Shown here: positions 19,779-32,065 of the stretch, one piece after another
Layout of the letters: every line of letters starts with the position of its first letter
Position numbering within the stretch: the stretch's first letter is position 1
Assembly: GCA_963702845.1 (NCBI GenBank)
Contig: OY969763.1
Coordinates: forward strand, 1,888,001-1,952,000
Source: an uncultured Verrucomicrobiae bacterium
GTDB lineage: Bacteria > Verrucomicrobiota > Verrucomicrobiia > Limisphaerales > Palsa-1400
Reading direction: 5' to 3'
Length of the DNA stretch: 64,000 nucleotides
Translations under genes and position numbers: made by a program
The notes under the pieces: generated by a model
Told to the model about the DNA's origin: nothing
Seen by the model: the letters and a program-made list of their open reading frames with translations, nothing else
The model's database searches: none

Positions 19779-20660
19779 ATTTTCAAGTTCTGGTTCATAT
19801 TAATCCGGCTCCTTGCGCTTCATTATGAAATTTGCCGTCGTGAAGTTGCGGGACGGGCTCTGTGACAAAGCCTCATTGATATGGATTGCGGCATGGCTGT
19901 AATCCGTGTGTTACTGAAAAACGAAGAACACTCATGGTCAAACACTTGGGAGGACAGACGAGGTGACTGTCAGCAAAAACGTCAGCATCTATGCTGACAT
20001 TATCAGTGCACCGGCACTACACCGGACTGACACGCTGATAGCACCGTATCGCATCCTCGGCGAAAGAACTTGGGGAGGCACTGAAAGTTCAAACCGCGTT
20101 GGCGGCCAAGATCGAATCCCACGAAGAAGAGTCATTTTGATTCGTTTCTAGTGTTGGCGATTGCCAGATCGCCACTGGTCAGCAGTGACGGCTATCCACC
20201 CAGAGCTCGTGATCCACAAAGTCTAGAACGTCTCGTTCCGATTGATAATAGATAGTCACCGTTCCGTCGTATGCGGGCCTGACCACGATGCTCACCTCTC
20301 GGCCTTCCTTCTTAATTCCCGCGAGGACAGTGACCGCGGTCTCGTCGAGATCGGTAACTGTCAGCAGAGGTGCTGAGAAAGTGTTGGGTTGGGTTAGCGA
20401 GTGTTAGTTTGATTCATCAGCGAAATAGAGCATTTTAGAGACGAATTTGATGCTTAAGGCGACCGATTCCACCCTCGCCTTCAAATCTAACCGTTAGTGC
20501 GGCAATGATTTGTGAAGCTTCCACATACGAGTAACAGCGGAAGTGCCAGCAGGATTTAACCTGCTCTGTCGAAAACATTTTTTCGCGAGAGTGTCCGCTA
20601 ACGGCGAAGGACAGACGACGCAAGCGCGGCGGGCCGGAGCCACGAAGAAAACTCTCAAAT

Positions 20661-21098
20661 TTACAATGCCCGTTGAATGCGCTGCAAACAATTTAACGGG
20701 CGTTTTGCCAATGCACATTCCCAAATTCTAACAACCGTCCATCCTGCCGCGCGCAGCTTGCGCGTGACACGACGATCACGATTCTTGTTTCCAACGATCT
20801 TGCCGCGCCATAATGCCGCGTTTCGCTTGGGTTTTAGATTGCGACCACATTCATGGCCATGCCAAAAACAGCCGTCAACGAATACCGCCAGTTTTCCTCT
20901 TGGAAAAACGAAATCGGGTTTGCCGGGCAGGAGAAAATCACGGCGCCATCCATGCAATCGCGCGGAGCGTAAGAGCAAGAGCAGTTTCAATTCCGTAGAG
21001 GCATTTCGCTTGCTGCGAATCCGCGACATAAGCACCGAACGAGATAGTCCTCCAAATGTCGTTTTCGTATGTTTGCTACTACCGGGCCAGCGACTCAT
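20661..21098 (-). CDS. vsr: Very short patch repair endonuclease
   Basis: RSVLMSRIRS, LPGKPDFVF, FVDGCFWHGH, NKNRD, IWEC. Confidence 0.9.
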   Translation of the reverse strand: MSRWPGSSKHTKTTFGGLSRSVLMSRIRSKRNASTELKLLLLLRSARLHGWRRDFLLPGKPDFVFPRGKLAVFVDGCFWHGHECGRNLKPKRNAALWRGKIVGNKNRDRRVTRKLRAAGWTVVRIWECALAKRPLNCLQRIQRAL

Positions 21099-22174
21099 GG
21101 CGCTTCTTCAACTCCTCTCGGATGCGCTTGCCAGCCACACGCGCGAACTTCGGTGGCACGGCGTTTCCAATCATATCGCATACCACTTCCATGTGATCCG
21201 TTTCAAACTTGTAGCCGCGTGGAAAAGTTTGAATCAGCGCCGCCTCACGCACCGAAATTGTCGTGCGACTTTTTTTGTTGGGATGGCCGAAGCGCCCCTT
21301 GCAAGCCGTAGTACCAGCCGCCAGTCATCGTGATGGGAGTTTGATTCCATGACATCCGACCATAAGTGTTTGTGAATCCTTCGTAGCCGCTACGATGACA
21401 CTCGGGGCGAATGGATTCCTCCAACCCCAGCCACGTCTTTCCAGGAATTGCGGCGTCGAGTCGCGCGGCAACTTGCGGTTGAAGGTCGCGGACAACGTGC
21501 CAATTGAATTTTCTTGGCCCGCCCTTCTTGCGTGCCTTACTCATCACAATCGGAATTGGTTGTTTCGCAACCACGTCTCGGAGCGTGAGCCATTTTTTTT
21601 GTTTTGAATTTGGCTGTGGATTCTTGGCGTGAGTGGTTTCAGGAAATGGAATGGCGAAACCGCGTCCAGCAAAAAGCACGAGCCGCCTGCGCGATTGCGG
21701 CACGCCATAATCTGCCATTTGAATGACTTGCCATCGAGGCCAATAACCCGCCGCGCGCAAACGCGCCAAGAACTTCTTGAAGATTCGCTTGCCCCTTTTC
21801 TGCAAACCCGGAACGTTCTCCATCATAACTACGGTGGGTTTGAGTTCTCTAATGAGCGTCGCCATTTGCAACACCAATTTGTTGCGTGGGTCTTTTCGTT
21901 TGTTTTTAACGGTGAGCGAACAAAATCCCTGACACGGGGCGCACCCGGCCAGCAGGGATATTTTTTTTCCGCCGCACAATTTTTGCAACTCGCTCGCGGT
22001 AACTTTGCAAATATCGCGTTCAATTAGATTTGTCTGCGGATGATTCTTGCGGTAGGACTTCGCAGCCGCTGCGTCGATCTCAACGGCAGCACGAACATCA
22101 AAGCCCGCTTTCTGCAGGCCTTCTGACAGGCCGCCACACCCGGCGAACAAATCAATTGCAATGAGCGGTTTCAT
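21079..22174 (-). CDS. dcm: DNA (cytosine-5) methyltransferase, apparent one-base insertion near 21314
   Basis: [22 protein letters not shown]. Removing one base restores [11 protein letters not shown]...[12 protein letters not shown]...IGNAVPP, ending at TAG 21079. Confidence 0.9.
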
Positions 22175-24300
22175 CAAGATTTTCCACCTGACAACTTTCT
22201 CTGCCTTTTTGCCTCGTTTAGGAATTCCTTATGTGCTTGCCCAGTCCGGAGCAAAAATGTTTTCCAATTTATGTGTGTGAGTGCCTGCGTGGACTTGTAG
22301 CCGTCAAATGCCGCCCGAGTGGCTCCTGTGAGTCCGATTTGATCGCAAATCAATGTGATGTGGAATTTTGGAAATTTGTCGGCAAAGTCTTTATTTCCTT
22401 CTTCTTTCAAGAAATCCCGCATTAAATCGTGGTAGCGCACAATTCTCTCCATTTCCTCATTGGCCAACTTGTGTTTTGGACGCTTAATTTCAATGATCTG
22501 AACAGTATCGTCCTGACTTGAAAGAACGAAATCAGCACGTTTAGTGGAATCGGAGAAATCATGCAACACAATATCCTTTTTCGTCCGGTCCTTGTAAAAT
22601 TTTACGAACTCTGTTCTCAATGATTCAAAAGACTGGTTGGCGGTAATTGGCGACCATGCTGGGTTAATTAACCAAGGGGCTTCCGTGAGCAGTTTTTGCA
22701 GTTCCGCTTCCTGGGTGGTTTTGTCGTCTTTGAGTTTTTCTATGGTTTCTATAACTCGCACGCGATCATCTACAATCCGACCAAACGAGGCCAATTCTGC
22801 GATGCGCGCGGTCTTCAATACTTCCGACACCACGGACATCGGTCTGTCTTTTGAGCCCGCAGCTTGCTTAAGTTTTCGATCCAAGGTTATGTGTGGCCCG
22901 AGCAGGAGGCTGAGTTGCACGAAACACTCGATTGTTTCCGGGTCTTCTAGTTCGTCTTTGCGCGCAGCTTTAGCTATTGTCTCCGCCATTTCCATGGTCT
23001 GCTCACGAATTTCTTTGTTGTCTTTACCAGGATATGCCGCTTCAACTTTTTGTTCGATTTTGGATTCTTCTTGGAATTTTTCCCACGCCGACACCCTCAT
23101 GGGTTCACGAGTAATTTTGCCGAGCAATTTCACCAGTGACTGCCCCCACTTCTCAAAGCTTTGCCCCAAATCGTGTGACCAAAGAATATCTTGACGGTCT
23201 GTGCGGATGAGATCTTCCGCCTCATCGAGCCAGGGGGTGTGCAACTCCCCGATCAGATAGGAACGCACATCGTGTTCTCCAGTAAATCCTGCCGTTAGGT
23301 CAAAAAGTTTTGTCTGTGCAGCAATTTTGCCGCGGCAATAGATACGAATACCGGCCATCAATTCATCTTTGTATGGCTTCGGCGCGTAACCGACCCATCC
23401 GGTGACAGGGTAAAAGCGGCCTTCATGTTCAAAGCCGGGAAGCAAATCGCCCAGGTCAATATTCGGAGGGCCGGTTACAGTGTAGTCGGTTGATTTAGAG
23501 GAGTCCTCTTTGGCTTTTGCTTCGCGTGAAAATGTTATTTTCGTGGCGCTGTTTGCTTCAATTTGAAACTCGCCGACCGAACACTCGTAACCTTCTTGGT
23601 TGGATTTTTTGTTTATATCCCGGAGCGCAATGCTCCATTTTGCCGACTGCAATCCGAACCGCTGTGCCATCTGACGCTCAAAGTCTACGATGGTAGGAAC
23701 GTGACGGTAATCGAAAATCGTCATCCGAATAATCGTTCCGGCCTTGGGACGATAAGTGCCATCGAGTGAGCCTATAGGCGGAAAATATGGTTCGTCTGTT
23801 TCACTCAGAATCGCACGACGCTCAAGGATAAGATGGCACGTCAAATAGCCCGTTTTTTCTACCCCTTTAGCGTCGGTGTATTTACATGCGTTGCCACCCG
23901 CCGTGATAACCTCAATCTTTTCGCATACACCAAAAGGAGCTAGTTTGCCGACGCCCTTTCGCCCCATCACCCGACGTTTGTAAATCTTGGATAAATCGCC
24001 GCGCTTGGGATCACTACGACGTTCTTTTCCGACTTTAAGATAAAATTCATTTACCTGCTCCGCAGTCATTCCAACGCCGTCATCTTCAACCTCAATGACA
24101 TAACCGCGATCCGTTATGACACCTTTGCTCTTCGTTGATAGCAATTCACCCATCGGCGCGCGCACAGTCACTTCAGTTGCGTCAGCGTCGTAGCTGTTTG
24201 CAATGATTTCAGCGATGACAGCCGAAACCCGGTCATAAAGTTTGACGCCCAGCTTGTCAACCGTAAGCCGGGAAATCGTCATTATGTATTTCTCATTCAT
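22174..24300 (-). CDS. GHKL (MORC/HATPase_c_3) ATPase fused to C-terminal PD-(D/E)xK nuclease
   Basis: [30 protein letters not shown]...IIEIKRP; TGATG coupling to dcm. Confidence 0.85.
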   Translation of the reverse strand: MNEKYIMTISRLTVDKLGVKLYDRVSAVIAEIIANSYDADATEVTVRAPMGELLSTKSKGVITDRGYVIEVEDDGVGMTAEQVNEFYLKVGKERRSDPKRGDLSKIYKRRVMGRKGVGKLAPFGVCEKIEVITAGGNACKYTDAKGVEKTGYLTCHLILERRAILSETDEPYFPPIGSLDGTYRPKAGTIIRMTIFDYRHVPTIVDFERQMAQRFGLQSAKWSIALRDINKKSNQEGYECSVGEFQIEANSATKITFSREAKAKEDSSKSTDYTVTGPPNIDLGDLLPGFEHEGRFYPVTGWVGYAPKPYKDELMAGIRIYCRGKIAAQTKLFDLTAGFTGEHDVRSYLIGELHTPWLDEAEDLIRTDRQDILWSHDLGQSFEKWGQSLVKLLGKITREPMRVSAWEKFQEESKIEQKVEAAYPGKDNKEIREQTMEMAETIAKAARKDELEDPETIECFVQLSLLLGPHITLDRKLKQAAGSKDRPMSVVSEVLKTARIAELASFGRIVDDRVRVIETIEKLKDDKTTQEAELQKLLTEAPWLINPAWSPITANQSFESLRTEFVKFYKDRTKKDIVLHDFSDSTKRADFVLSSQDDTVQIIEIKRPKHKLANEEMERIVRYHDLMRDFLKEEGNKDFADKFPKFHITLICDQIGLTGATRAAFDGYKSTQALTHINWKTFLLRTGQAHKEFLNEAKRQRKLSGGKS

Positions 24301-24990
24301 GATGAACAATGGCCCGAATCTAATTTTTCATGCAAACGCATGTGGACATGCTGTGTTGAGTGTGGGCGGGAAATTTATCAGCGTCAATACTAGGGCGCTG
24401 GTCAGTCCGCGACTCCGGCCTTCAACCCTCCGGTGCTCGCGCCGCCAATGTCCTCGGCCTCTCCGATCAGGTGCCAATGGGTTTCTGGCATTTCGCAGCA
24501 TGCCTAATAGACCTCGATAGTGATCATCGAGAACGGGCCGTTTTGAGGTTGTCGCAACAAGCGGAAGTAGAGTATCCAGCTGGAAACTGTAGGTTGCAGC
24601 TGATTCTAAAAATTGAACCACTTTTTTCTTACCGCCACGGCGGCAAAAACCGTCTCAAGGAAACGAAACAGCTTGGCTTCAACGGCCACGTTTCCGTGTT
24701 GAGAAAAATCTTCGTTTGGAAAACTGTGGTTTTTGCTCCCAAGGCATTGAATGCGGTCCACATGAAATCTTCTTGCACCAGTCTAAATGCAATATCCCAC
24801 GGAGTGTGTTGCTGAGAACATTTCGCGCATGCGATCATCCTTTTTTGGAACTGCAGATCGACAAAGGATTCCGGCAAAAGTTCGGAGCGCTGCACGCATT
24901 ACATGAAAAGTGGGGGCCAGATTACGTAATGTAGCGGTTAAGCCTGGCGTCTGAGGAGGTCTCATTGATGCGAGTTTAGTGCACTTAAAT

Positions 24991-25362
24991 TCAGTTGGAA
25001 CTCAACAAATTGAAAATCTCAACGGCCTTGGATGGCGCCTCGCTTTTGTCTGAAATACTGACTGTATTCACGCCGTACGACGCTTTGACCAGGGCATCGT
25101 GAATGAGCTTAAATTTCGAGTCGGGTTCAGTTTCGGGCCGCGCAGCGAATACCAATAAATCGTACCTGAAATATCGAGCACTATGGTCGAGGAAATCGCG
25201 CACCGATTCTTCAAAACTCTGAGACAAAATATAACCGTTTTTGCCGTTGAGGATAAATTTGCGATCGTCATTGCCGATACCGAGTTTTGGTTTGAGATGG
25301 ACATTTATAGTCAGGCTTTTGCCGGTATGATGACTTCCCACGATGATCACTGCCTTTTTCAT
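24991..25362 (-). CDS. Small P-loop protein
   Basis: IIVGSHHTGKS. Confidence 0.55.
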   Translation of the reverse strand: MKKAVIIVGSHHTGKSLTINVHLKPKLGIGNDDRKFILNGKNGYILSQSFEESVRDFLDHSARYFRYDLLVFAARPETEPDSKFKLIHDALVKASYGVNTVSISDKSEAPSKAVEIFNLLSSN

Positions 25363-25479
25363 ATGTAGTTTTGGTCTATGCTGATCGTTGACTTGCTACT
25401 CTTTATTGCGCCGGAGTAAAGGCGTTTCTGGACTGTTTGCGCGTCGTATGTAGTTTTGCTATCGTTGCTCGCATCGAAA

Positions 25480-27068
25480 ATGAGCGCGGCGAACGAAGCT
25501 GAATGCGATGACTCAAGCGGCACCATAAATCCCTCATTTGGGGTCGGAAAGCTGGCGGAAAACCTATTTGAACAATGGACTTACCGAATGGGATGGATTC
25601 CTCGAAGGCAAGAGCCCGATTTTTTCGTTGATTACTTGGTAGAGCCGAGTTCAGGTAAAACATTGGTGGGATGGAGTTTTGGTGTCCAAGTGAAAGGTGT
25701 ATCCATTTCCAAGAACACCGGTATCCGAAAAGGTATGTCGCGAAAGGTAAACACGTCAGGCACTGGACGGAAAAGTGCCGGTATCCCGTTTTTCTCTTTT
25801 TAGTTGATGTAACGAGCAGTCGCGGCACGTGGCTGTTCGTCCAAAAGTACGTTAAGGAGAATATCAGCGAGCGAGCGCTTAAGACTCAACGGAGCTTCAC
25901 GCTCCATCTTCATCCCAAAAATAATTTGGATAACGTCACTGGGTTTATCTCGGCAGTCGAAGCAGCCGCTACATACGTTAACGATATGTATCCTGGTTCT
26001 CCTAAAGCAGCTGTAGAAAAAAGGCAGCGTGAACTGAAGGAACTCGACCCCAGATTATCGATCAAGGTAACAGCCACACAAGACGTTGAGACACTGCACG
26101 TATCCGCCGACCCACCGGTTCCGTTTAAAATGCGCATTCGTGATCCGTCCGCTCGGCTGGCGTTCAAACGAGCAATCGAAAGCGGGACTAAATGCACGTT
26201 GATGCTCGATGCATTGGAGTTTTCCGAGTCGCCATTTTTTGAAAAATACAACAAATCCAAGGGAAGTTTGTTGATGCAATTTGCGCAGAAAACGTCTGGT
26301 CATATCTGTCTTGGCTTCAAAACATCTGCGGGATCGCGAATTCTACAGGTAAACGGCGAATATAGCGCCGGAACAAAACGAGCAACATTCCGCGGCACCA
26401 CCCCGAATGCGCCGCTCGAAATCAAGTGCGGCATAGGGATACCTTGTCTCGATGCAAACAAGGATATTTCCATCGGATTATTCCAGCACTTGGAACGGTG
26501 GGAAGGTCAGCAGGTTCTGCTGCTGTCGCATTTTGATGAGATATTTGGAATATACGAGTCGTTGTTTTCCGGCGAGGGTGTCGAAATCGAGCATTACATT
26601 GCTGGTAATCGTTTTGCCCATGGGAATTTGCAAGGTATAGCAAATGAATCAAGCAAGGGGCTTCTCAAAACACTTCGATGGCTTTCACGCTGTCGCCTTG
26701 TTACAAAACGGTACCAAATTAACCCGAAACTGCCGAGATTGGATTCTATCACTGCGGTTCAACTGGAAGCCGTTGATGATCTCGCGGCCTTGATTTGTTC
26801 AGCAAAGCGCGTAATGCCATATCCACATTTCCATAAACGCGGACGGCCTTCTCGTGTCGCCGAACTGACGAGTCAGGGCCCGATGATTGTAAGGATCGAT
26901 ACCGAGGGTGCGAAATTCGACGTACTTGGGCATCACGTGATTGTCGGAAATATTCGATCCATTTTCACCGGTGTCACTATCACCGTGCTAGAAAATACGC
27001 GTTCCGGAAAACCCGTTCTGGACCTCCGCGGTTCAGCTTCGACGATGAGAATGCTGGAGAAGTTTTAG
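25480..27068 (+). CDS. DUF4365-like PD-(D/E)xK nuclease domain protein, frameshift near 25720
   Basis: PDFFVDYLVE...FGVQVKG in ORF 25456-25803; continues as YPVFLFLVDV in ORF 25671-27068. Confidence 0.7.
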
Positions 27069-27098
27069 CTGGAGTTGGAGTCATATATTCCGAATCGA

Positions 27099-27371
27099 AT
27101 GAGCACATCACACACGTTTGTTCTTGGCCAACGAGTTTCTCTTGAAGAGGACGAAACGTACGAATTCAAAAGTGTAACGTCAGGTCGGCCTGCTGACGCC
27201 ATAGCGAATACCGACGATGAATACGTTGTCGGTTTTTTGAATGGTCAAGGTGGAATAGTTTTGTGGGGAATTTCCGATGAAGGCTTGGTGATTGGTGTCT
27301 CGTTGCAACGCGCCGATCTCGAATATGCACATTTTAGAACGTTTGGAAGAGTTGGTGGCGAGTCTATTTGA
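27099..27371 (+). pseudogene. Truncated Schlafen/AlbA_2 domain
   Basis: EDETYEFKS...VVGFLNGQGGIVLWGISDEG.VIGV, then early stop. Confidence 0.65.
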
Positions 27372-27486
27372 AGAAAGGCAGCCCACAACTTCCTGATAGT
27401 TATTTTCCTTCGTTTAAAGGAGGTTGGCAGCACGCCAAATTCGGCCTGCGTGTGTAAAAATATTTGGCCCGATATGCTTGGGCCAT

Positions 27487-27710
27487 ATGAAAAACAATAA
27501 TCCAAAACCAAATAGCAAGGGTGAGAAGGGCTTGGGATACGGTGGACTGAAGTTATTGATCGATTTTTGGCGGATTTGATCACCAAACTGCGAATTGATC
27601 TGCTCGTGCAGGGGAATGAAATCCTGGGAAAGATTCGGGAAGTGAACGATTCGGTCGATATTATTGCGCGTGAAGTTGAGCGACAGGCGGAAAGGAGCAA
27701 GAAGTCTTAG
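27487..27710 (+). CDS. Small coiled-coil protein (copy 1; one T missing in homopolymer near 27565)
   Basis: Homologous to 63109-63330 (LKLLI..LADLI.K.RIDLL.QG.EIL.K.REVNDSV). Confidence 0.6.
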
Positions 27711-27719
27711 TGAATTTCG

Positions 27720-28347
27720 ATGGTCCAGCCAATCGTTGTGAGTCTGTTCGACTATACCTGCAATATGGTGAAGCCGTGGGCGGAAGCTGGGTTCCTTTGC
27801 TACTGTGTGGATATAAAACATCCTGCTGGCGAGCATCGCGACGGCAACATTGTTCGGGTCGGCGCTGATGTGCGCGAGTGGCTGCCGCCATTCGCACCAA
27901 TAAAAATTCTATTCGCATTTCCTCCGTGCACGCACGTTGCCGCAAGCGGCGCGCGGTGGTTCAAAGACAAAGGTCTCGGTAGTCTCATTGATTCGCTCCA
28001 CATGTTTGACGCATCAGTGCGTTTGGCGAAGTGGACGAAAGCACCATACATAATCGAAAATCCGGTAAGCACGGTTTCAACCTACTGGCGCAAACCGAGA
28101 TCACACATTCAATCCGTGCGACTTCGGCGGCTATCTCACGCCTTCCAGTGATCCCTACACCAAGAAAACGTGTTTGTGGATCGGAAACGGGTTCGTCATT
28201 CCCAAAATGAAACGTGTGCGACCGATTGATGGAAGCAAGATGCATCGTTTGCCTCCGTCGGCTGGTCGCGCCGCGTTGCGCTCGGAGACTCCGCGTGGAT
28301 TTGCGAATGCTGTGTCCGGGGCGAACTCGAAATCACACCGGTCATAG
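27720..28347 (+). CDS. Short phage/MGE-type cytosine methyltransferase (copy 1; extra base near 28097)
   Basis: SLFDYT, FPPCT, ENPV, then YTKKTCLW, RSETPRGFA after frame correction. Confidence 0.75.
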
Positions 28348-28363
28348 CGTCATTAGTTCGAAT

Positions 28364-28780
28364 TCAGCGTACGGTTTTCTCGGGTTCGGTGATCGTTCCC
28401 TTAGAGTTCCACCACTTTTCGACTTCCGCTTCGGACATCTGGGGCATTTTACCGATGAGTAGCCTCACTTTGTTACGCCGGAGGATAAAATGGCTGCAGC
28501 AGCCAGTGGTTAGCCAAACTGAAGGCCACAAGGACAAACCGTACTTTGGTTCCAAAGCCATTCGCCAAGCTAATCCCGTTTCCGGCATGAGATTCACTGA
28601 TATTATCTCACCACAGCCGCACGGGCAGAAGAATTTGAGGCTTTTTGCGCGTTTGTTCGGAATGACGATTACAAGCACTCCAGGTTTGATGAGTGATGAA
28701 GCCTGAGTTTGATCATGCGCCCTGACAACCTTGGAGTATTTAACGTCCCTATACGAAAATTTCACTTCGAGACCACTCAT
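28364..28780 (-). CDS. DUF6527-like metal-binding protein
   Basis: FFCPCGCG...LSLWPSVW...GCCSHFIL. Confidence 0.75.
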   Translation of the reverse strand: MSGLEVKFSYRDVKYSKVVRAHDQTQASSLIKPGVLVIVIPNKRAKSLKFFCPCGCGEIISVNLMPETGLAWRMALEPKYGLSLWPSVWLTTGCCSHFILRRNKVRLLIGKMPQMSEAEVEKWWNSKGTITEPEKTVR

Positions 28781-30318
28781 AGTTTCAGATTCTTAAGGAG
28801 GTCGCAGGCGAGAGAGTAACATAAGGCCCGGCGTTTGGCCATGTGCGGTTTGTCTTCCGCCAGATCTTGCGGTTGGCTAGCAAATCTCAACAGGTGGCAA
28901 ATAGTCAGCACTTCATACTCATATGTGGGGATGCCTTCGCCGCCTGCCAGCCTACGAATTTGATAAATGGCGTCTGTGCGACCATCTGTAACGGTAAAGT
29001 CGCGGGGAGGAAGCAAATGGCCATGATACATCCGGCGCAACGCAGTTTCCGAAAGCTGTTGGTCGGTTTTATCGGTTACCGTCAATGCAATACTCGTTTC
29101 AAGTTTCGCGGGATCACGGGCCAGCGATTCCCGAATTCCGGAATGAGAAAAATCTATTAGAATTGTGTCGATCGAGTTCCACCTAACAAAAACATTCCGG
29201 ACGTTCAGATCACCGTGTACACGACAAATGTAATAGTCGATTTTCGGTTGGTTCTCTAGCTGTTGCCACAATTGAGACGGGCTTGGAAGTGAGGGCGTCT
29301 TTTTTCGCGCGTCGGCAAAGCTACCAGAAAGTCGTGTGGGGTCAGGAAGCAGCGATTTCGCGAGCGCTTCTTTCGGGTCGAGCTTCATCGCTTCCTTCTG
29401 CTGATTAACGTAAAAATAGCCGAGGGATGCATGTATTAGATCAATTGCACGCCGCCACTTTCGCAACGCTCCTTCAAACAGGGATACCATCACAAGCTCA
29501 GGGTTTGAACTGGTGGCGAGATATTCGTCGAGACGTTGTGATCGGCCGACAAACGCAGAGACGATAAGTGCACGTGTGGCACCTTTGATGAATTTAGCTT
29601 CGAGAATAGGCGCACGAAACGGAAATGGAACGTAATCGCGGACAAAATCTTGGTATGTATCAAATTCGGTTTGCAAATCGAGAAGCCGCCCCGCTTTCGC
29701 TACGAATGGTTGACATGGCTGGCTGTCCCGGCTTGCTTCGATTTTCCACACGTTGCAGTCTGTTGAACGTCCTCCTTGCTGTGACGTGAGATTCACGTGG
29801 CTGAAATCGTTAAATGCTCGCTTAAGCAAGATCATGTCAGTCTCATAATCCTCGATGCGAGTTGCCTTGTAATCGTCCTTACTGTGGCCGGGAAGCAAGA
29901 GTGTTGCTTTAGCGACAGCAGGTTGTTTTGCCAAGTGAGAGGTGATCACTCGTGCGAAATCGTTGGGCTCGTTTCTCCTCGGCTCACTGTTGATCACAAC
30001 GATCTGCGCTGATACTTTCTGCTTAACCGCGCTTTGCAGTTTGTACGCAGCAGTTAAATCAGAAGCTGCTACGCCAAGTAACACGCCGTAATCCTGCAGG
30101 TGCGTCGTCAATAACCGTAGCATCCTGCCGTGAGCCTTTTGGGCATCCTCACCATCGGCAGATACCAGCACCGCCAACAAGTCCTCGGCTCCAGCATTGA
30201 ATTCGCTTATATCGCTGGCTGCTTCAACCGAAAGACTCAGCATGGTAGCAATTTCGCGCAAGTTCTCAGGAACCTGACGACCGACCCATACAACTCGGCT
30301 CCGTTGCCCGGCAGTCAA
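28777..30318 (-). CDS. Protein-kinase-like/APH phosphotransferase with N-terminal alpha/beta domain
   Basis: GGRS loop, FVAK, LQTE, HGDLNVRN, LIDFS, RDPAKLE. Confidence 0.8.
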   Translation of the reverse strand: MTAGQRSRVVWVGRQVPENLREIATMLSLSVEAASDISEFNAGAEDLLAVLVSADGEDAQKAHGRMLRLLTTHLQDYGVLLGVAASDLTAAYKLQSAVKQKVSAQIVVINSEPRRNEPNDFARVITSHLAKQPAVAKATLLLPGHSKDDYKATRIEDYETDMILLKRAFNDFSHVNLTSQQGGRSTDCNVWKIEASRDSQPCQPFVAKAGRLLDLQTEFDTYQDFVRDYVPFPFRAPILEAKFIKGATRALIVSAFVGRSQRLDEYLATSSNPELVMVSLFEGALRKWRRAIDLIHASLGYFYVNQQKEAMKLDPKEALAKSLLPDPTRLSGSFADARKKTPSLPSPSQLWQQLENQPKIDYYICRVHGDLNVRNVFVRWNSIDTILIDFSHSGIRESLARDPAKLETSIALTVTDKTDQQLSETALRRMYHGHLLPPRDFTVTDGRTDAIYQIRRLAGGEGIPTYEYEVLTICHLLRFASQPQDLAEDKPHMAKRRALCYSLACDLLKNLKL

Positions 30319-31664
30319 CTTGGCCTCCCAGGCATAGGTAAAGTGTCTCCCCTCGCGAACACCCCATTAAGCGAACAAACCACGCAATGCGGCAACGGTT
30401 CGGATGATGCCGCACGAACTACGCCGCGATTGAACAGAACCAACTGATGTCGCACCGGAAGGGGCAAACCCGCGACAGCGGAGAGCATCATAGTTACACC
30501 AAGTGAAGCAACTGTGCCGTTTAACGAGATTACAGCTGGTTGAGGTTCCACCGCCCCAACTATATACGGGTCACGCACCCTTGCTTCGTCTGTCAGAAGG
30601 TCCTGGCGCACTTCTTCCGGGTCGAGAAGATTATGGCATAGCAGACAAGGAAGACCTGGAGCGAGCATTTGAATTCTCCCGGTCACGCTTTGGACTTTAC
30701 CAGCACGCACCTGAATTCGAACGCCGAGGTCAACAGTGGGGATGACATATTGATAGGCGAGTTGGTTTATGACTGCACGGCTGCCGTGGGAGTCGGTGCA
30801 ACAAAAAATAAAATCGCACGAGAGCAGTTTTTGGGCATCGCCGGATACCATTACATTTCCGGCATGTCCAGCAGGGTCGGATTCGGGATTAATGTGACGA
30901 ATTAAATTCGCCGCCACGTCCACCTTTGGTCTGTCAATATCGCTTCGCGTCGCACCGACAACACGATTCAGATTCGTTTCCTCAACGCGATCCGGATCGA
31001 GCAACACAAAGTCTTTCACGCCCAAATGGGCGAGTTGTTCTGCAACGATCGAGCCCAAGCCACCAAGTCCAACGATACCGACACACAATTCAGCAAGCGC
31101 TGCTTGCCCTTCAACTCCAAACGCTCGTACGCTCCTATCAAAGCGATGTGGGACCTTTGGGGTCGAACTGTTGCCGCGATTATGAAACGTGACATCTCGT
31201 CCAACCTCAGTGACAGGGGACGCATTGGTCGGAACAGCATTCGGCGCATTCCAAATTCGAGCGTTACAATCACGTGCCGTGAGCAAGAGGGCTCCTTGGG
31301 GAGCTCCGTTTGTCCGTGAAAAGAGAGTCGGCATTAAAATCCGTTCACCTTCATCATCCACGATCGAAAATTGTGCCTTGTCAGCGAAAGGGTGTGTATG
31401 GGTTAAGACCAGCGAGAACCCATCTTTGCGAGCTTTTTTCAGAATGGGCATTATGAACGACGGGTCGATCACGGCACGGAGATTGTCTTGAGCTTGGTAG
31501 GACTCGGAGGGCACAACGAAATGCTCGCGAACTAAAAGCCGTACGCGCTCACCTTCACCAGCGTGGCCCGCAATGAGAAGAGCAGCGGCTTCCTTTGGTG
31601 CTGATGAAAATAGTGCTTTTCGTAGGTGAGGCAGCCCATCGTCTCCGAATACAATGCCTTTCAT
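30315..31664 (-). CDS. JAB peptidase + ThiF/E1 fusion
   Basis: KEAAA...HTHPF...FSIVD; GLGGLGS, DRVEETNLNR, CTDS, CLLC, CVVC. Confidence 0.9.
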   Translation of the reverse strand: MKGIVFGDDGLPHLRKALFSSAPKEAAALLIAGHAGEGERVRLLVREHFVVPSESYQAQDNLRAVIDPSFIMPILKKARKDGFSLVLTHTHPFADKAQFSIVDDEGERILMPTLFSRTNGAPQGALLLTARDCNARIWNAPNAVPTNASPVTEVGRDVTFHNRGNSSTPKVPHRFDRSVRAFGVEGQAALAELCVGIVGLGGLGSIVAEQLAHLGVKDFVLLDPDRVEETNLNRVVGATRSDIDRPKVDVAANLIRHINPESDPAGHAGNVMVSGDAQKLLSCDFIFCCTDSHGSRAVINQLAYQYVIPTVDLGVRIQVRAGKVQSVTGRIQMLAPGLPCLLCHNLLDPEEVRQDLLTDEARVRDPYIVGAVEPQPAVISLNGTVASLGVTMMLSAVAGLPLPVRHQLVLFNRGVVRAASSEPLPHCVVCSLNGVFARGDTLPMPGRPS

Positions 31665-32053
31665 CGCTTTTCCTCGAACCGGCGACGTATCATGGAAACA
31701 TAGTTAACCAAGCTGTCCCGGTTAGGGTTCCAGGCGGCTGGATGCCACGAAAACCAGAGTAAATTAGGTGGCACGCCTGGAGGCTGGTTTTGACCTGTGC
31801 TGACCGGCGGCCCTCCGGAAGCCAATTTCAATCCCGGATCAGTCCAAAACGTGTCAGGTCGGGCGACGGGATATCCGACTGGCACTAGGAAATAAACATT
31901 AGTGGTGGCGGGGGTCCATCCTTCCGGCAGCACGAAATCGTAAAGCTTTATCAAGGTGGTGCCGTTCGAAATTTGCGCTTGCTCCAGCCTAGAAAACCGC
32001 CGGCCCTTGCCAGCTTCCGCCAATTGCGCGATATGGTCGTCAAGAATGGCCAT
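31661..32053 (-). CDS. Prokaryotic E2 (family E-like), cysteine-free
   Basis: LPEGW...VPVGYPVARPDTFW...WFSWH...WNPNRDSL; the protein contains no Cys. Confidence 0.8.
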   Translation of the reverse strand: MAILDDHIAQLAEAGKGRRFSRLEQAQISNGTTLIKLYDFVLPEGWTPATTNVYFLVPVGYPVARPDTFWTDPGLKLASGGPPVSTGQNQPPGVPPNLLWFSWHPAAWNPNRDSLVNYVSMIRRRFEEKR

Positions 32054-32065
32054 GGATCAGTTTTT

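Noticed and set aside
18400..20430. Fragments at 18522-18866 and 20170-20420
   Set aside because: They look like decayed coding sequence with stops; family not assignable with confidence.
20677..21333. 218-aa + strand ORF
   Set aside because: Antisense to vsr/dcm.
24328..24965. Overlapping short ORFs with CxxC
   Set aside because: No consistent frame; probable remnant.
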